Shown: positions 8,369-15,911 of the stretch, in pieces
Position numbering within the stretch: the first letter of the stretch is position 1
How the letters are laid out: every line of letters begins with the position of its first letter
NCBI GenBank assembly: GCA_043808785.1
Contig: JAZDEL010000003.1
Location: 51,237 to 83,236, forward strand
DNA length: 32,000 bases
DNA from: Candidatus Iainarchaeum sp.
GTDB lineage: Archaea > Iainarchaeota > Iainarchaeia > Iainarchaeales > JAZDEL01
Direction: 5' to 3'
Notes under the pieces: generated by a model
The model's database searches: none
What the model was told of the DNA's origin: nothing
The model's input: only the letters and a program-made list of their open reading frames with translations
Made by a program: the position numbers and the translations under genes

Positions 8369-8370
8369 TT

Positions 8371-8928
8371 TCACTTCCCCTTCACTATCAGCGTCTTCGG
8401 CTTCTGCACTATGTATATCCCGTCCTGGAAAATCCTTACGTCCTTGCCCTTCACCCTTGTCGCGCCCTCCAAATTTGCCGCGGTCTGCCCGGCAGCCTCC
8501 TTGTCGAACCCCCTGACCGTTATGTCCTTTCCCTTAATCTCCACCTTTGTCTGCCCCACTATTGCGGCTTTCCTCGGCTCCTTTGCCCCGGTGACATTGC
8601 TTATTTCAAGGTGGCTTCCCTTCAGCGTAACCGTCATGGGAAAGTGCGAATAAACAACCTCCAACTTATACTCGAACCCGTGCTCCAGCCCGTGAACCAT
8701 ATTGCGTATGTGCGCGGCGATTGTGTTTGTTGTCGAGGCGTTTTTCTTTTTCGCGTCCGCGGCCCTCACGATTATCGCCTGCCCATCCATGACTATCTTC
8801 ACGCTCCTCGCCCTGAATTTTTTCACGGCCTCGGTGCCGCCTTTTTTAATCTTCACAACGAGCCCGCTTACCTCCGCGGTTATTCCCGCGGGAAGCGCGA
8901 TTTTTTTCTCGTTTATTTTCTTCGCCAT
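8371..8928 (-). CDS. rpl6: 50S ribosomal protein L6 (uL6)
   Basis: MAKKINEKKIALPAGITAEVSGLVVKIKKGG...HIRNMVHGLEHGFEYKLEVVYSHFPMTV is the uL6 pattern. ATG at 8928 (8937 is TTG). Confidence 0.93.
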   Translation of the reverse strand: MAKKINEKKIALPAGITAEVSGLVVKIKKGGTEAVKKFRARSVKIVMDGQAIIVRAADAKKKNASTTNTIAAHIRNMVHGLEHGFEYKLEVVYSHFPMTVTLKGSHLEISNVTGAKEPRKAAIVGQTKVEIKGKDITVRGFDKEAAGQTAANLEGATRVKGKDVRIFQDGIYIVQKPKTLIVKGK

Positions 8929-8962
8929 AAAAACCAACCCAAAGGCAAGAAGCGCGCGGCAT

Positions 8963-9355
8963 TCAGTAAATGTACGCCAGCAGCCTCCCTCCGGTTGCTT
9001 CCCTTTTCGCGTCCGAGTGCGTCACTATTCCCTTCGGCGTGCTTATTATAAGCGCCCCTATGCCCCTTGAGGGCAGGTACCTCTTCTCGTATTTCTCGAA
9101 CCCGTTTTTCCCGACCGCATACCTCGGCTTTATCGCCTTGCAGTCGTTTATCCTGCCTGTAAGGTTTATCCTGTACATCCCGTCCCTGCCGTCATCGACA
9201 TACTCGTATGTTGAAATATAGCCCTGCTTCTGCATTACCTTGAGCACTTCCCCCAGCAGCTTCGAAGCAGGCCTTACAAGGCACTCCTTCTTCGAGGCAA
9301 GCTCGTGGTTCTTTATGTTTGCGAGCGCATCCGCCAGCGGGTCGGTCCTAACCAT
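8963..9355 (-). CDS. rps8: 30S ribosomal protein S8 (uS8)
   Basis: 130 aa: DPLADALANIKNHELASKKECLVRPASKLLGEVLKVMQKQGYI...GGRLLAYIY is the uS8 pattern. Confidence 0.95.
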   Translation of the reverse strand: MVRTDPLADALANIKNHELASKKECLVRPASKLLGEVLKVMQKQGYISTYEYVDDGRDGMYRINLTGRINDCKAIKPRYAVGKNGFEKYEKRYLPSRGIGALIISTPKGIVTHSDAKREATGGRLLAYIY

Positions 9356-9379
9356 TTTTCACACCTCTTCCAAACATCC

Positions 9380-9538
9380 TCAGTCGTATTTCCTGAATCC
9401 TATTTTTTCCGCAATGTCCTTGAAGCATCTCCTGCAAATGAACAGGCTGTACTTGCTTATCAGCCCGCGCCTTGTGCCGCATCTCCTGCAGCCGCCCTTC
9501 TTGTCGAACTTCTTTTCCTCTTTCCCCTCGGAATTCAT
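9380..9538 (-). CDS. rps14: 30S ribosomal protein S14 type Z (uS14), 52 aa
   Basis: Too short for the ORF track. Hand translation from ATG 9538 gives MNSEGKEEKKFDKKGGCRRCGTRRGLISKYSLFICRRCFKDIAEKIGFRKYD, with stop TGA at 9382-9380. It has the CxxC...CxxC zinc motif. ATGA overlap with the rpl5 stop. It sits in the expected L5-S14-S8 slot. Confidence 0.9.
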   Translation of the reverse strand: MNSEGKEEKKFDKKGGCRRCGTRRGLISKYSLFICRRCFKDIAEKIGFRKYD

Positions 9539-10056
9539 TTCACATCAGCCCCGAACTTTTGCTTTACAAAATCTATGGCATCACTTTTGGCTATCCTGTG
9601 CGCAACCGGTATTTTCTTTTTCGCCAGTTTCCTGCGCTTCAGCCTGTAGCCCGGCCTTTTGAGCGTTACAAGCACGTCAAATCCCCTTATTCCGAGCCTC
9701 GGGTCATATCTCACGTCCGGCATGTCAATGTACTCCTTTATCCCGAACCCGAAGTTCCCGCTGTTGTCGAAGTTCCTCGCCTGAAGCACGTTGTCCTTTG
9801 CCGAGAGCGCCCTCCTGAGAAAATCATCCGCCTTCTTTTTCCTGAGCGTAACCTTGAGCCCTATGTTCAGGCCCTCCCTTATGCCCCATGTGGGCTGCCT
9901 GACCCTGCATTTGGTGCGCATCGGCTTTGCGCCCGTAATGGTTTGCATTATCACAGCAGCCTTCTCAAGCTCTTCCCCAGGCTGCCCCACACCCATGTTC
10001 ACCGTGACCTTCTCTATGGCAACATTGCGCATTGCATTTCCCGCTTCCATAACCAT
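9535..10056 (-). CDS. rpl5: 50S ribosomal protein L5 (uL5)
   Basis: 173 aa: NAMRNVAIEKVTVNMGVGQPGEELEKA...GNFGFGIKEYIDMPDVRYDPRLGIRGFDV is the uL5 pattern. AGGTGA Shine-Dalgarno 7 nt upstream. Confidence 0.95.
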   Translation of the reverse strand: MVMEAGNAMRNVAIEKVTVNMGVGQPGEELEKAAVIMQTITGAKPMRTKCRVRQPTWGIREGLNIGLKVTLRKKKADDFLRRALSAKDNVLQARNFDNSGNFGFGIKEYIDMPDVRYDPRLGIRGFDVLVTLKRPGYRLKRRKLAKKKIPVAHRIAKSDAIDFVKQKFGADVK

Positions 10057-10110
10057 TCACCTTTTTTCAAAAAATTTCCCTTTACTCTGCACCCTTGCCC
10101 CGCCCCCGAA

Positions 10111-10848
10111 TCATTCCTTCTTCACTGCCTCTCCGAGCTCTATTCCCGCCTGCTTCTCGCCTATTACGAAAACGTTCTTTTCCGCCGTGCCGAACTCCGA
10201 GCCCTTTGCCTCAAGGCTCACAAGTTTTCCCCTTGCCATTGTCCCCTCTACAACCTTTGTTATCTTCGCGATTACGCCAGTGTGTGTTCCGCCCGTTATG
10301 TATGCGGTATTCCCCTCCTTCATGGAGTAAATTCCCGAGATTTTGTTTTCCGGCATCTCGAGTTTTATGCTGTCCCCGACCTTTGCGTCGTGCTTTCCAG
10401 CGAGCAGGGTTATTCCGCTGCTCGTGTGCAGCTGCACCTTGCCGCCCTTTACATTGCCCTTGCCCGTGACCTTTGCAATTCCCTCGAGCTTTCCCTTTGC
10501 GTTGATTTCCCCGAGCACAATCCTCCTCTTCCCGTCGAACATCACCCTGTAGCGCTTGTTCGAGGATTTGAGTTCGACAATATCGAACAGCCCGACAGCG
10601 AAGCCGTGGCTCTTCCTGACCTTGCCGTTTATTTTCATCTCACCTTTGTTGAGTATCATCTTTGCCTCGCCCAGCGTCCTGCAAACCCCGAGAATTTCCC
10701 TGAGAACAAACCCTGCCGGCACGGAACTCGCCTTGCTGTGCGGCCCGGCCCTTACCCTTATCGCCCAGACCGAGGACTTCCTCGGCAGGAACCTTGCCTT
10801 CGCCACAGAGAGCCTCTTCTGCCCCTTGCTTTCCCCTTTTCTTGCCAT
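10111..10848 (-). CDS. rps4e: 30S ribosomal protein S4e (eS4)
   Basis: 245 aa: KGQKRLSVAKARFLPRKSSVWAIRVRAGPH...GFAVGLFDIVEL...KVQLHTSSG is the eS4 S4/KOW arrangement. Confidence 0.93.
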   Translation of the reverse strand: MARKGESKGQKRLSVAKARFLPRKSSVWAIRVRAGPHSKASSVPAGFVLREILGVCRTLGEAKMILNKGEMKINGKVRKSHGFAVGLFDIVELKSSNKRYRVMFDGKRRIVLGEINAKGKLEGIAKVTGKGNVKGGKVQLHTSSGITLLAGKHDAKVGDSIKLEMPENKISGIYSMKEGNTAYITGGTHTGVIAKITKVVEGTMARGKLVSLEAKGSEFGTAEKNVFVIGEKQAGIELGEAVKKE

Positions 10849-11288
10849 TATTTCACCCTTGTGCTTTTGCCCTTATCTGCAGAACCCTTAACTTCCGCAG
10901 CCGTTGTGTTTTGGCTTTCGCCCTTTCCCCTAACCTCTCCCCTTCCCTTAACCCTCTTGTCGTCGCTCCTGTCAATCTCGACAATCATAACCTTGCTCGC
11001 GTTTATCGGTACCAGCCTCTCCGTGCCGTCGGCCTTTTTCCTCGCGAGCTTCTCTATGAACACGCGCTTCTTCTGGCTGTCGAACTTCGTTATCTTTCCG
11101 CCGAACCCCCTGTTCTTTCCGCGCATTACCTTAACCTTGTCCCCCTTCCTCAAAGTGAGCGAGCGCCTGCCCAGGGATTTGCGCAGTTCCTTCGAAAGGT
11201 TTGCGCTGAAATCCTTGCCGCGCGCGTGCATGGGCCTTGTGAAAAGCGCCTTCCTCTGCACCTTGGGTTTCTTGCTTTTCGTTTTCAT
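10848..11288 (-). CDS. rpl24: 50S ribosomal protein L24 (uL24)
   Basis: 146 aa: RSLTLRKGDKVKVMRGKNRGFGGKITKFDSQKKRVFIE is the KOW motif of uL24. Lys/Gly-rich C-terminal ~30 aa. Confidence 0.92.
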   Translation of the reverse strand: MKTKSKKPKVQRKALFTRPMHARGKDFSANLSKELRKSLGRRSLTLRKGDKVKVMRGKNRGFGGKITKFDSQKKRVFIEKLARKKADGTERLVPINASKVMIVEIDRSDDKRVKGRGEVRGKGESQNTTAAEVKGSADKGKSTRVK

Positions 11289-11300
11289 TTTGGTTCACCA

Positions 11301-11699
11301 TTAAACAACCGCGGAAGCGATGCCGGCAATCTTCGGCCACCTTTCCCCGACTTCCTTCGCAACAACTCCCTTCACTTCCGATGCCTTCGGCAGGCCCTTG
11401 TCATCGACAAGCACCGCGGCATTGTCCTCGAAGCACACGCGCATCCCGTTCGCGCGCCTGTATTCCTTCTTAATCCTCACTATAACCGCTTTCTCGACCT
11501 TTTTCCTTATCTCAGGTTTTCCCTTCTTCACCACGACAACAATCATGTCCGCAATCCCCGCCATGGGCCCCATCCTCTTCCTGCTTTTGTGGTGCAGCAC
11601 GGCAATGAGCTCGAGCTCCTTCGCGCCGGAGTTGTCCGTGCAGAAGAGCCTGCTCTTCTTCGTGAGCACCCTGCATACTGAAGCGTTAATTGCCTTCAT
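11301..11699 (-). CDS. rpl14: 50S ribosomal protein L14 (uL14)
   Basis: The track ORF 11301..11825 reads back into rps17. ATG at 11699 gives MKAINASVCRVLTKKSRLFCTDNSGAKELELIAVL..., the uL14 pattern, 132 aa. It shares one nt with the rps17 stop. Confidence 0.93.
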   Translation of the reverse strand: MKAINASVCRVLTKKSRLFCTDNSGAKELELIAVLHHKSRKRMGPMAGIADMIVVVVKKGKPEIRKKVEKAVIVRIKKEYRRANGMRVCFEDNAAVLVDDKGLPKASEVKGVVAKEVGERWPKIAGIASAVV

Positions 11700-12016
11700 T
11701 ATTCCGCCCCCTTCTGCGCTTTGCCCTCTTCCTTCGCGATCCCGAGCACGACAAAGCTCTTTGTCTTGCTTAGTTTCCTCGTCTCGCCTATTTTTACCAT
11801 ATCCCCTTCCTTTGCGTTCACGCACGCGGGGTTATGTGCGGCAACCCTCGAGCGGCTCTTGCTGTACCTCTCGTATTTCTGCACGTACTTGGTAAGCTTC
11901 CTCTCCACTGTAACCGTCCTGTCCCTCTTCGCGCTCACAACCCTGCCCGTGAGCACGTTTCCCCTGACCTTGACGTCGCCGTGCACGGCGCATTTCCTGT
12001 CATTGCATTCAGCCAT
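11699..12016 (-). CDS. rps17: 30S ribosomal protein S17 (uS17)
   Basis: MAECNDRKCAVHGDVKVRGNVLTGRVVSAKRDRTVTVE is the archaeal uS17 pattern. GGAGG lies 7 nt upstream of ATG 12016. ATGs at 12022 and 12091 are alternatives. Confidence 0.9.
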   Translation of the reverse strand: MAECNDRKCAVHGDVKVRGNVLTGRVVSAKRDRTVTVERKLTKYVQKYERYSKSRSRVAAHNPACVNAKEGDMVKIGETRKLSKTKSFVVLGIAKEEGKAQKGAE

Positions 12017-12112
12017 AATCATTCCTCCGAATTTCCCGCGTTCCTTCAAAAAAATTTCCCTCATCTCTCCATTTTCCGGCTTCCCACGCATTCCCAGTTT
12101 TCCGCCAAATTT

Positions 12113-12412
12113 TTACCTGCGCTTCCTGCAGAACAGCTTTACCCTGTCCTCGGGCCTTGCGAGTAGTTCACTGCCCCGCACCCTTGCAATGCCGTCGGCG
12201 CATTCAAACTCAAACACCGCATCTTTTTTTGGTATTTTTTTATCCCCCTTCCTTGTTTCAATCACGACCAAATTTTTCGTTTCGTCCACAACCCTTCCCT
12301 CGGCCCCCAGCATTCCCCTGTCGCTGCATTCCTCGACCCGTGCATTGAGCCCTATGAGCTCGTGCGCGGGAAGGTTCCGCCTTGTCGCAATATTTTTTTT
12401 TCCATCCTCCAT
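12113..12412 (-). CDS. rnp1: RNase P protein component 1 (Rpp29/Pop4)
   Basis: HELIGLNARVEECSDRGMLGAEGRVVDETKNLVVIETRKG...RVRGSELLARPEDRVK is the Rpp29 Sm-like fold pattern. It sits in the expected slot between SUI1/L29 and S17. First ATG at 12412, with GAGG upstream (the track start at 12472 is TTG). Confidence 0.85.
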   Translation of the reverse strand: MEDGKKNIATRRNLPAHELIGLNARVEECSDRGMLGAEGRVVDETKNLVVIETRKGDKKIPKKDAVFEFECADGIARVRGSELLARPEDRVKLFCRKRR

Positions 12413-12461
12413 TCCAAAATTCCTCTTTTCATAATTTTTCTTTTTCAAAATTTTTCCCGCA

Positions 12462-12761
12462 TCATGCGTCAATAAACTCTTCCTTATACCCTTCCTGCAG
12501 CAAAATCTTTTTCACATCCCTTTTATGGTCCCCCTGCAGTTCGATTCCGTTTTCCGTCACAGTGCCTCCGCACGCCAGCTTCCTTTTCAGGGCCTTTCCG
12601 AGTTCCTTCGCGTTTGCATCGCTGTCAAACCCCGAGACCGTGGTTACGAACTTGCCGAAGCGCCTCCTTATAACCTTCACCTTTATCTTCTGGCTCTCCT
12701 TAGCGATCTCGCCGCAGACGCACAGGTTCTTCGGCAGGCCGCATTTTTCGCACATGTCCAT
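12462..12761 (-). CDS. sui1: Translation initiation factor SUI1 (aSUI1/eIF1)
   Basis: 99 aa: CGLPKNLCVCGEIAKESQKIKVKVIRRRFGKFVTTVSGFD...LKRKLACGGTVTENGIELQGDHKRDVKKIL is the SUI1 domain. Confidence 0.92.
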   Translation of the reverse strand: MDMCEKCGLPKNLCVCGEIAKESQKIKVKVIRRRFGKFVTTVSGFDSDANAKELGKALKRKLACGGTVTENGIELQGDHKRDVKKILLQEGYKEEFIDA

Positions 12762-12796
12762 TTGCCGCTATTCACCCCTCCAAGTTTCCGTTTTTT

Positions 12797-13063
12797 TTAT
12801 TTTCCCTTTTCCTTAGCCTGTTCCGCTTTCGCCGCTGTGTTTCCGCCCTTCTTCTTCACATTTATTCCCATCTTTTTTTCCTTCAATATCGTAAGTATCC
12901 TTGCGACCATCCTGCGCATGTTCCTGGCTTTTGCCGGCTTCTCCGCACGCGTGCCGGATGCCGCAAGCGCCCTCTCTTTCGCTATGTCCGCGCGAAGGCC
13001 AACGAGCCTTGCCTCGAGTTCCTCGCCCGCAAGGTCGCGCAGTTCGTCAATCTTCCTCGGCAT
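12797..13063 (-). CDS. rpl29: 50S ribosomal protein L29 (uL29)
   Basis: 88 aa: IDELRDLAGEELEARLVGLRADIAKERA...ARNMRRMVARILTILKEK is the uL29 pattern. Lys-rich C-terminal ~22 aa. Confidence 0.9.
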   Translation of the reverse strand: MPRKIDELRDLAGEELEARLVGLRADIAKERALAASGTRAEKPAKARNMRRMVARILTILKEKKMGINVKKKGGNTAAKAEQAKEKGK

Positions 13064-13064
13064 T

Positions 13065-14156
13065 TCACTTCACCTTTTCCGCGGTTTCGGCCTTATCTTC
13101 CGCCTTTTCTTTTTCCGCAGCTTCCTTGCGCGTTTGCGCCCGCGCATGACGCATGCTGCCTCGCGATTCTGCCTTCCCGATTTGAAGCTTCGCTTCAAAT
13201 GGGCGCAATCGGGCATTGCCCAATTCGCGCGGCAGAATGCGCGCATTCGGCTCAAGCCGAACAGCGGCGGCAGCACTAGCCTGCACGTTGTCCTTCCCCC
13301 CGTGCTTTTTCACGTTCTCCTTTTTTTTATCTGCCGAAGCGCCATCTTTTTTCTCCGCCTTCTTTTCGCCTGCGCCGTGCTTCTTTGCCGCCTTCTTGGC
13401 TTCCTTCTCCGCAGCCTCTTTGGCCTCTTCCTTTGCCTTCTTCGCTTCCTCGGCAGCGGTTTCCTCCGCCTCCTTGAGCGATGCGGCCTCGCTTGCCGCC
13501 TTTTCCGCGGCCTCCGCAGCGGCGGACTTCGCCTTCTCAACCGCCTCGTCCCTGTCGTTAAGGATTTTGATAACGTCAATCTTATCGGGGAACGCCGTGT
13601 CCGGCCTCACAATCCTGACCTTTATCCCTATCGCGCCGACTTTCGGGTAAGCCGCGCTCTTTGCATAATCCACAAGCCTTGTCTGCTCGCCGACCTTTTT
13701 CATATAGCCTTCCGCAATGCGCTGGCTTTTCTTCCTCCCGCCCTTGCCCGCGAGTTTCCCCGAAACAACAATCTCAACGCCCTGCGCACCCGCAGCCATT
13801 ATATCCCTAACCGACCTGTAACCCACGCTCCTCCAGGAGAAGCCCCTCTCTATAAGCGCCTTCATCCTGTTCGCCATTGCCATTGCATCGAGTTCCGGCT
13901 TTGTTATTTCCTTAATCTCGATCTGCGGGTTCTCTATGCCGAAGCGCTTGTGTATTGTTTCCGTGAGCTGCTTTATGTTTGCGCCGCTCTTCCCTATCGC
14001 AAGCCCGGGCTTTGTGACGTTCACGATTATCCTCGTCACCATGGGCGTCTTCTCTATCTCGGATTTTGTGAACCCCGCGCGGTCGAGTTCGACCTTGAGG
14101 TACTCCTCGAGCTCCAGCCTTTTGAGGCCCTGTTCTATGAAATGCCTTTCTATCAT
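13065..14156 (-). CDS. rps3: 30S ribosomal protein S3 (uS3) with a ~160-aa C-terminal extension
   Basis: The N-terminal 200 aa is the uS3 KH plus C-terminal domain (TRIIVNVTKPGLAIGKSGANIKQL...GVEIVVSGKLAGKGGRKKSQRIAEGYMKKVG). The tail (nt 13068-13556) is AEKAASEAASLKEAEETAAEEAKKAKEEAKEAAEKEAKK... It includes the structured in-frame insert at 13146-13272. Confidence 0.93.
   Translation of the reverse strand: MIERHFIEQGLKRLELEEYLKVELDRAGFTKSEIEKTPMVTRIIVNVTKPGLAIGKSGANIKQLTETIHKRFGIENPQIEIKEITKPELDAMAMANRMKALIERGFSWRSVGYRSVRDIMAAGAQGVEIVVSGKLAGKGGRKKSQRIAEGYMKKVGEQTRLVDYAKSAAYPKVGAIGIKVRIVRPDTAFPDKIDVIKILNDRDEAVEKAKSAAAEAAEKAASEAASLKEAEETAAEEAKKAKEEAKEAAEKEAKKAAKKHGAGEKKAEKKDGASADKKKENVKKHGGKDNVQASAAAAVRLEPNARILPRELGNARLRPFEAKLQIGKAESRGSMRHARAQTRKEAAEKEKAEDKAETAEKVK
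13163..13242 (-). repeat. Y-shaped nested inverted-repeat element, copy 2 (in frame inside the rps3 tail)
   Basis: On the minus strand the outer stem is GCG-C-ATTCTGCC (13242-13231) / GGCAGAATCGC (13173-13163). Hairpin GCGC-G-AAT T GGGC AAT GCCC G ATTGCGC is at 13230-13203. Hairpin ATTTGAAGC GAA GCTTCAAAT is at 13200-13180. An extra hairpin TTCGGC TTGA GCCGAA lies at 13261-13246. A closing pair GCTGCC/GGCAGC lies at 13274-13269 / 13160-13155. Confidence 0.7.
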
Positions 14157-14162
14157 CGTAAA

Positions 14163-14633
14163 TCACTTCATTTCCCTTGCGAAAATCTCGAGGTGCGCGG
14201 ATTTCCTCTTTCTCCTTTTCCCGGCAATCCTCCCCTGCTTCTGGTAGCTTGCCCTTGCGAAGCCCTGCGAGGCGAACGCGTGCGTTATTATAAGGTTCTT
14301 GCCGTCCATCCCCTTGTAATCCGCGTTAGCCTTCACGCTCTCCAGCAGGGTTATGAAAATCTCGACAGTTCCGTGCGCGTACTTTCCCGTTTTTGTCCCG
14401 CTCACAGCCCTCCCTTTCCTGTGCGGCATTTTCCTCACGTATTTCTTGAGAGGTATGTGCTCCTTGTGCTCGAGTATGTTCCTCATGAACTGCAGCGCCC
14501 TCTCGAGCCTCATGCCCTTTATCTCGCGCATCAACTCTACGGAGTATTTCAGCGAGGCGCGCTGGTTCGCCATGCGCGCGCTTGCGAGCTTATGCTTCCT
14601 CCTTGCCTCTATCTGGTAATCTCTCTTGACCAT
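14163..14633 (-). CDS. rpl22: 50S ribosomal protein L22 (uL22)
   Basis: 156 aa: ASLKYSVELMREIKGMRLERALQFMRNILEHKEHIPLKKY...HLEIFAREM is the archaeal uL22 pattern. Confidence 0.92.
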   Translation of the reverse strand: MVKRDYQIEARRKHKLASARMANQRASLKYSVELMREIKGMRLERALQFMRNILEHKEHIPLKKYVRKMPHRKGRAVSGTKTGKYAHGTVEIFITLLESVKANADYKGMDGKNLIITHAFASQGFARASYQKQGRIAGKRRKRKSAHLEIFAREMK

Positions 14634-14660
14634 TTTTCATCCCTCGCTTTTGCCGCCTTT

Positions 14661-15065
14661 TCAGCCCCTCGCCGTGATTGCAGTGCTCGACTTTGTCGCG
14701 CCTATGCCCGCCTTTCCGTGCGTCAGCCTCTTCCTTGTGAGCGCGAACTCGCCGAGATAATGCCCTATCATGTTTTCCTTGACGTCAAGTATCTGGAACT
14801 CGTTCCCCTTGTGCACGGCAAACTGCAGCCCAATCATCTGCGGGATAACTATCAAATCGCGCCTGTGCGTCTTTATGGGCTTAACCCTTCCGCCCTTCTG
14901 CATCTGCACCCTTGCCATCTCCATTTTCTTCAGCACCTTCTTGTCGAAGCCGCGCAGCACGCTCCTCCTCCCGCGCGAGTCCAGCAGTTTAGCGAACCCC
15001 GCAAGGTCGAGCGTGAGCAGCTGCTCAAGCGCCTTTCCCCTGTATGAAAAATCTTTTTTTGCCAT
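14661..15065 (-). CDS. rps19: 30S ribosomal protein S19 (uS19)
   Basis: ATG at 15065 (15077 is TTG). MAKKDFSYRGKALEQLL...IKTHRRDLIVIPQMIGLQFAVHKGNEFQILDVKENMIGHYLGEFALTRK is the uS19 pattern. Confidence 0.93.
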   Translation of the reverse strand: MAKKDFSYRGKALEQLLTLDLAGFAKLLDSRGRRSVLRGFDKKVLKKMEMARVQMQKGGRVKPIKTHRRDLIVIPQMIGLQFAVHKGNEFQILDVKENMIGHYLGEFALTRKRLTHGKAGIGATKSSTAITARG

Positions 15066-15142
15066 GACCAACCACAACCTGAAAAACTAAAACCGACCCG
15101 TGCAACAAAACCAACGTTTTTTGTTTTGGTTTTCTTCGCCGG

Positions 15143-15868
15143 TCAGTTCTTCTTCCTCCTTCCCGTCCTGCTGGACGCAATTGCCCCGACCTTCCTTCCT
15201 GGCGGCGCGTTCCTCGAGGTCGACTTGCTCTTCCCCGGGTGGTGCTGCGACCCGCCGAACGGGTGGTCCAGTGCGTTCATTGCAACACCGCGAACCCTCG
15301 GGTACATTCTCGTCCTTGCCTTCATGAAATGGAATTTTGCCCCCGCTTTCACGAAAGGCTTCTCCTTTCTTCCGCCGCCCGCAGCGCAGCCGATTGTCGC
15401 CCTGCACCCCGGGCTTATAATCAATGTCTTGCCCGAAGGCATCTTGATATGAACTTTATTTTTGTCCCTTGTTATTATAATCCCGTACATGCCCGAAGCC
15501 CTTGCAAACTCCCCCCCGTCCCCCGGGCTCCGCTCTATGTTGAACACAGGGCACCCTTCGTTCATTTCCCCGACCATGCCGATATTCCCGATTTCCATTT
15601 TCGCGCCCTTGCCGCACTCTATCCTCTGCCCGACGAAAACCCCCTCCGCAGCCATGATTGTTTCAACTTTTCCCGCGCCGAATGAAACCCTTGCGAGCAC
15701 GCCCGTCCTTCCGGGGTCTGAAAGGAGCTGTACAACCTCGCCGTTAACCACGCCGTTCTTCTGCGCCTCGTCAAGCGCGGAATATGACATATCCGCAGTG
15801 CCGTTCTTTGTGGCAAGGAATGTCGGGCTCCCCTTCCCGCGCCTCTGGTGTATCAGTCTTTTTCCCAT
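15143..15868 (-). CDS. rpl2: 50S ribosomal protein L2 (uL2)
   Basis: The track ORF reads back into rpl23. ATG at 15868 gives MGKRLIHQRRGKGSPTF...VRGVAMNALDHPFGGSQHHPGKSKSTSRNAPPGRKVG, the uL2 pattern. Confidence 0.95.
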   Translation of the reverse strand: MGKRLIHQRRGKGSPTFLATKNGTADMSYSALDEAQKNGVVNGEVVQLLSDPGRTGVLARVSFGAGKVETIMAAEGVFVGQRIECGKGAKMEIGNIGMVGEMNEGCPVFNIERSPGDGGEFARASGMYGIIITRDKNKVHIKMPSGKTLIISPGCRATIGCAAGGGRKEKPFVKAGAKFHFMKARTRMYPRVRGVAMNALDHPFGGSQHHPGKSKSTSRNAPPGRKVGAIASSRTGRRKKN

Positions 15869-15911
15869 AAAAACACCTTTACAATTTCCCGCTTTCCTAT
15901 TGCCCCCGAAT

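Noticed and set aside
8224-8370. Possible mini CRISPR-like array, because of the three repeated T-rich motifs.
   Set aside because: The repeats are about 20 nt, imperfect and homopolymer-rich, with 10-20 nt gaps of similar composition. There are no cas genes and no unique spacers.
9472-11304. 610-aa plus-strand ORF (TTG start) antisense to L5, S4e and L24. There are similar ORFs at 6859..8190 (443 aa), 1372..2127, 65..616 and 5529..6365.
   Set aside because: The explanation is the same antisense-shadow effect. Every one overlaps a confidently identified r-protein gene on the other strand and has low-complexity composition.
13146-13272. Bulge-helix-bulge (BHB) intron in rps3, prompted by the nearby rtcB.
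   Set aside because: I could not place two 3-nt bulges separated by a 4-bp helix at the insert boundaries. The insert is in frame and open. A second copy lies in an intergenic spacer in the opposite orientation. This is not excluded experimentally, so it is listed as a test under the finding.
13310-13579. Arg-rich alternative-frame ORFs on the coding strand inside the Lys/Ala/Glu tails (13310..13579, 7767..8126, 16202..16591, 1610..1798).
   Set aside because: They are frame-shifted readings of GC-rich AAG/GCN/GAR repeats. They sit fully nested in r-protein genes whose frame is fixed by the conserved cores.
12525-15047. 840-aa ORF on the plus strand spanning SUI1, L29, S3, L22 and S19 in antisense.
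   Set aside because: It is codon-aligned antisense to minus-strand genes (SUI1, S3, L22 and S19 all share the same phase). In that frame stops arise only from sense TTA, CTA or TCA codons, which these highly expressed GC-biased genes avoid. The product is Leu/Arg/Pro/Phe-rich with no recognisable motif. It is a shadow ORF.
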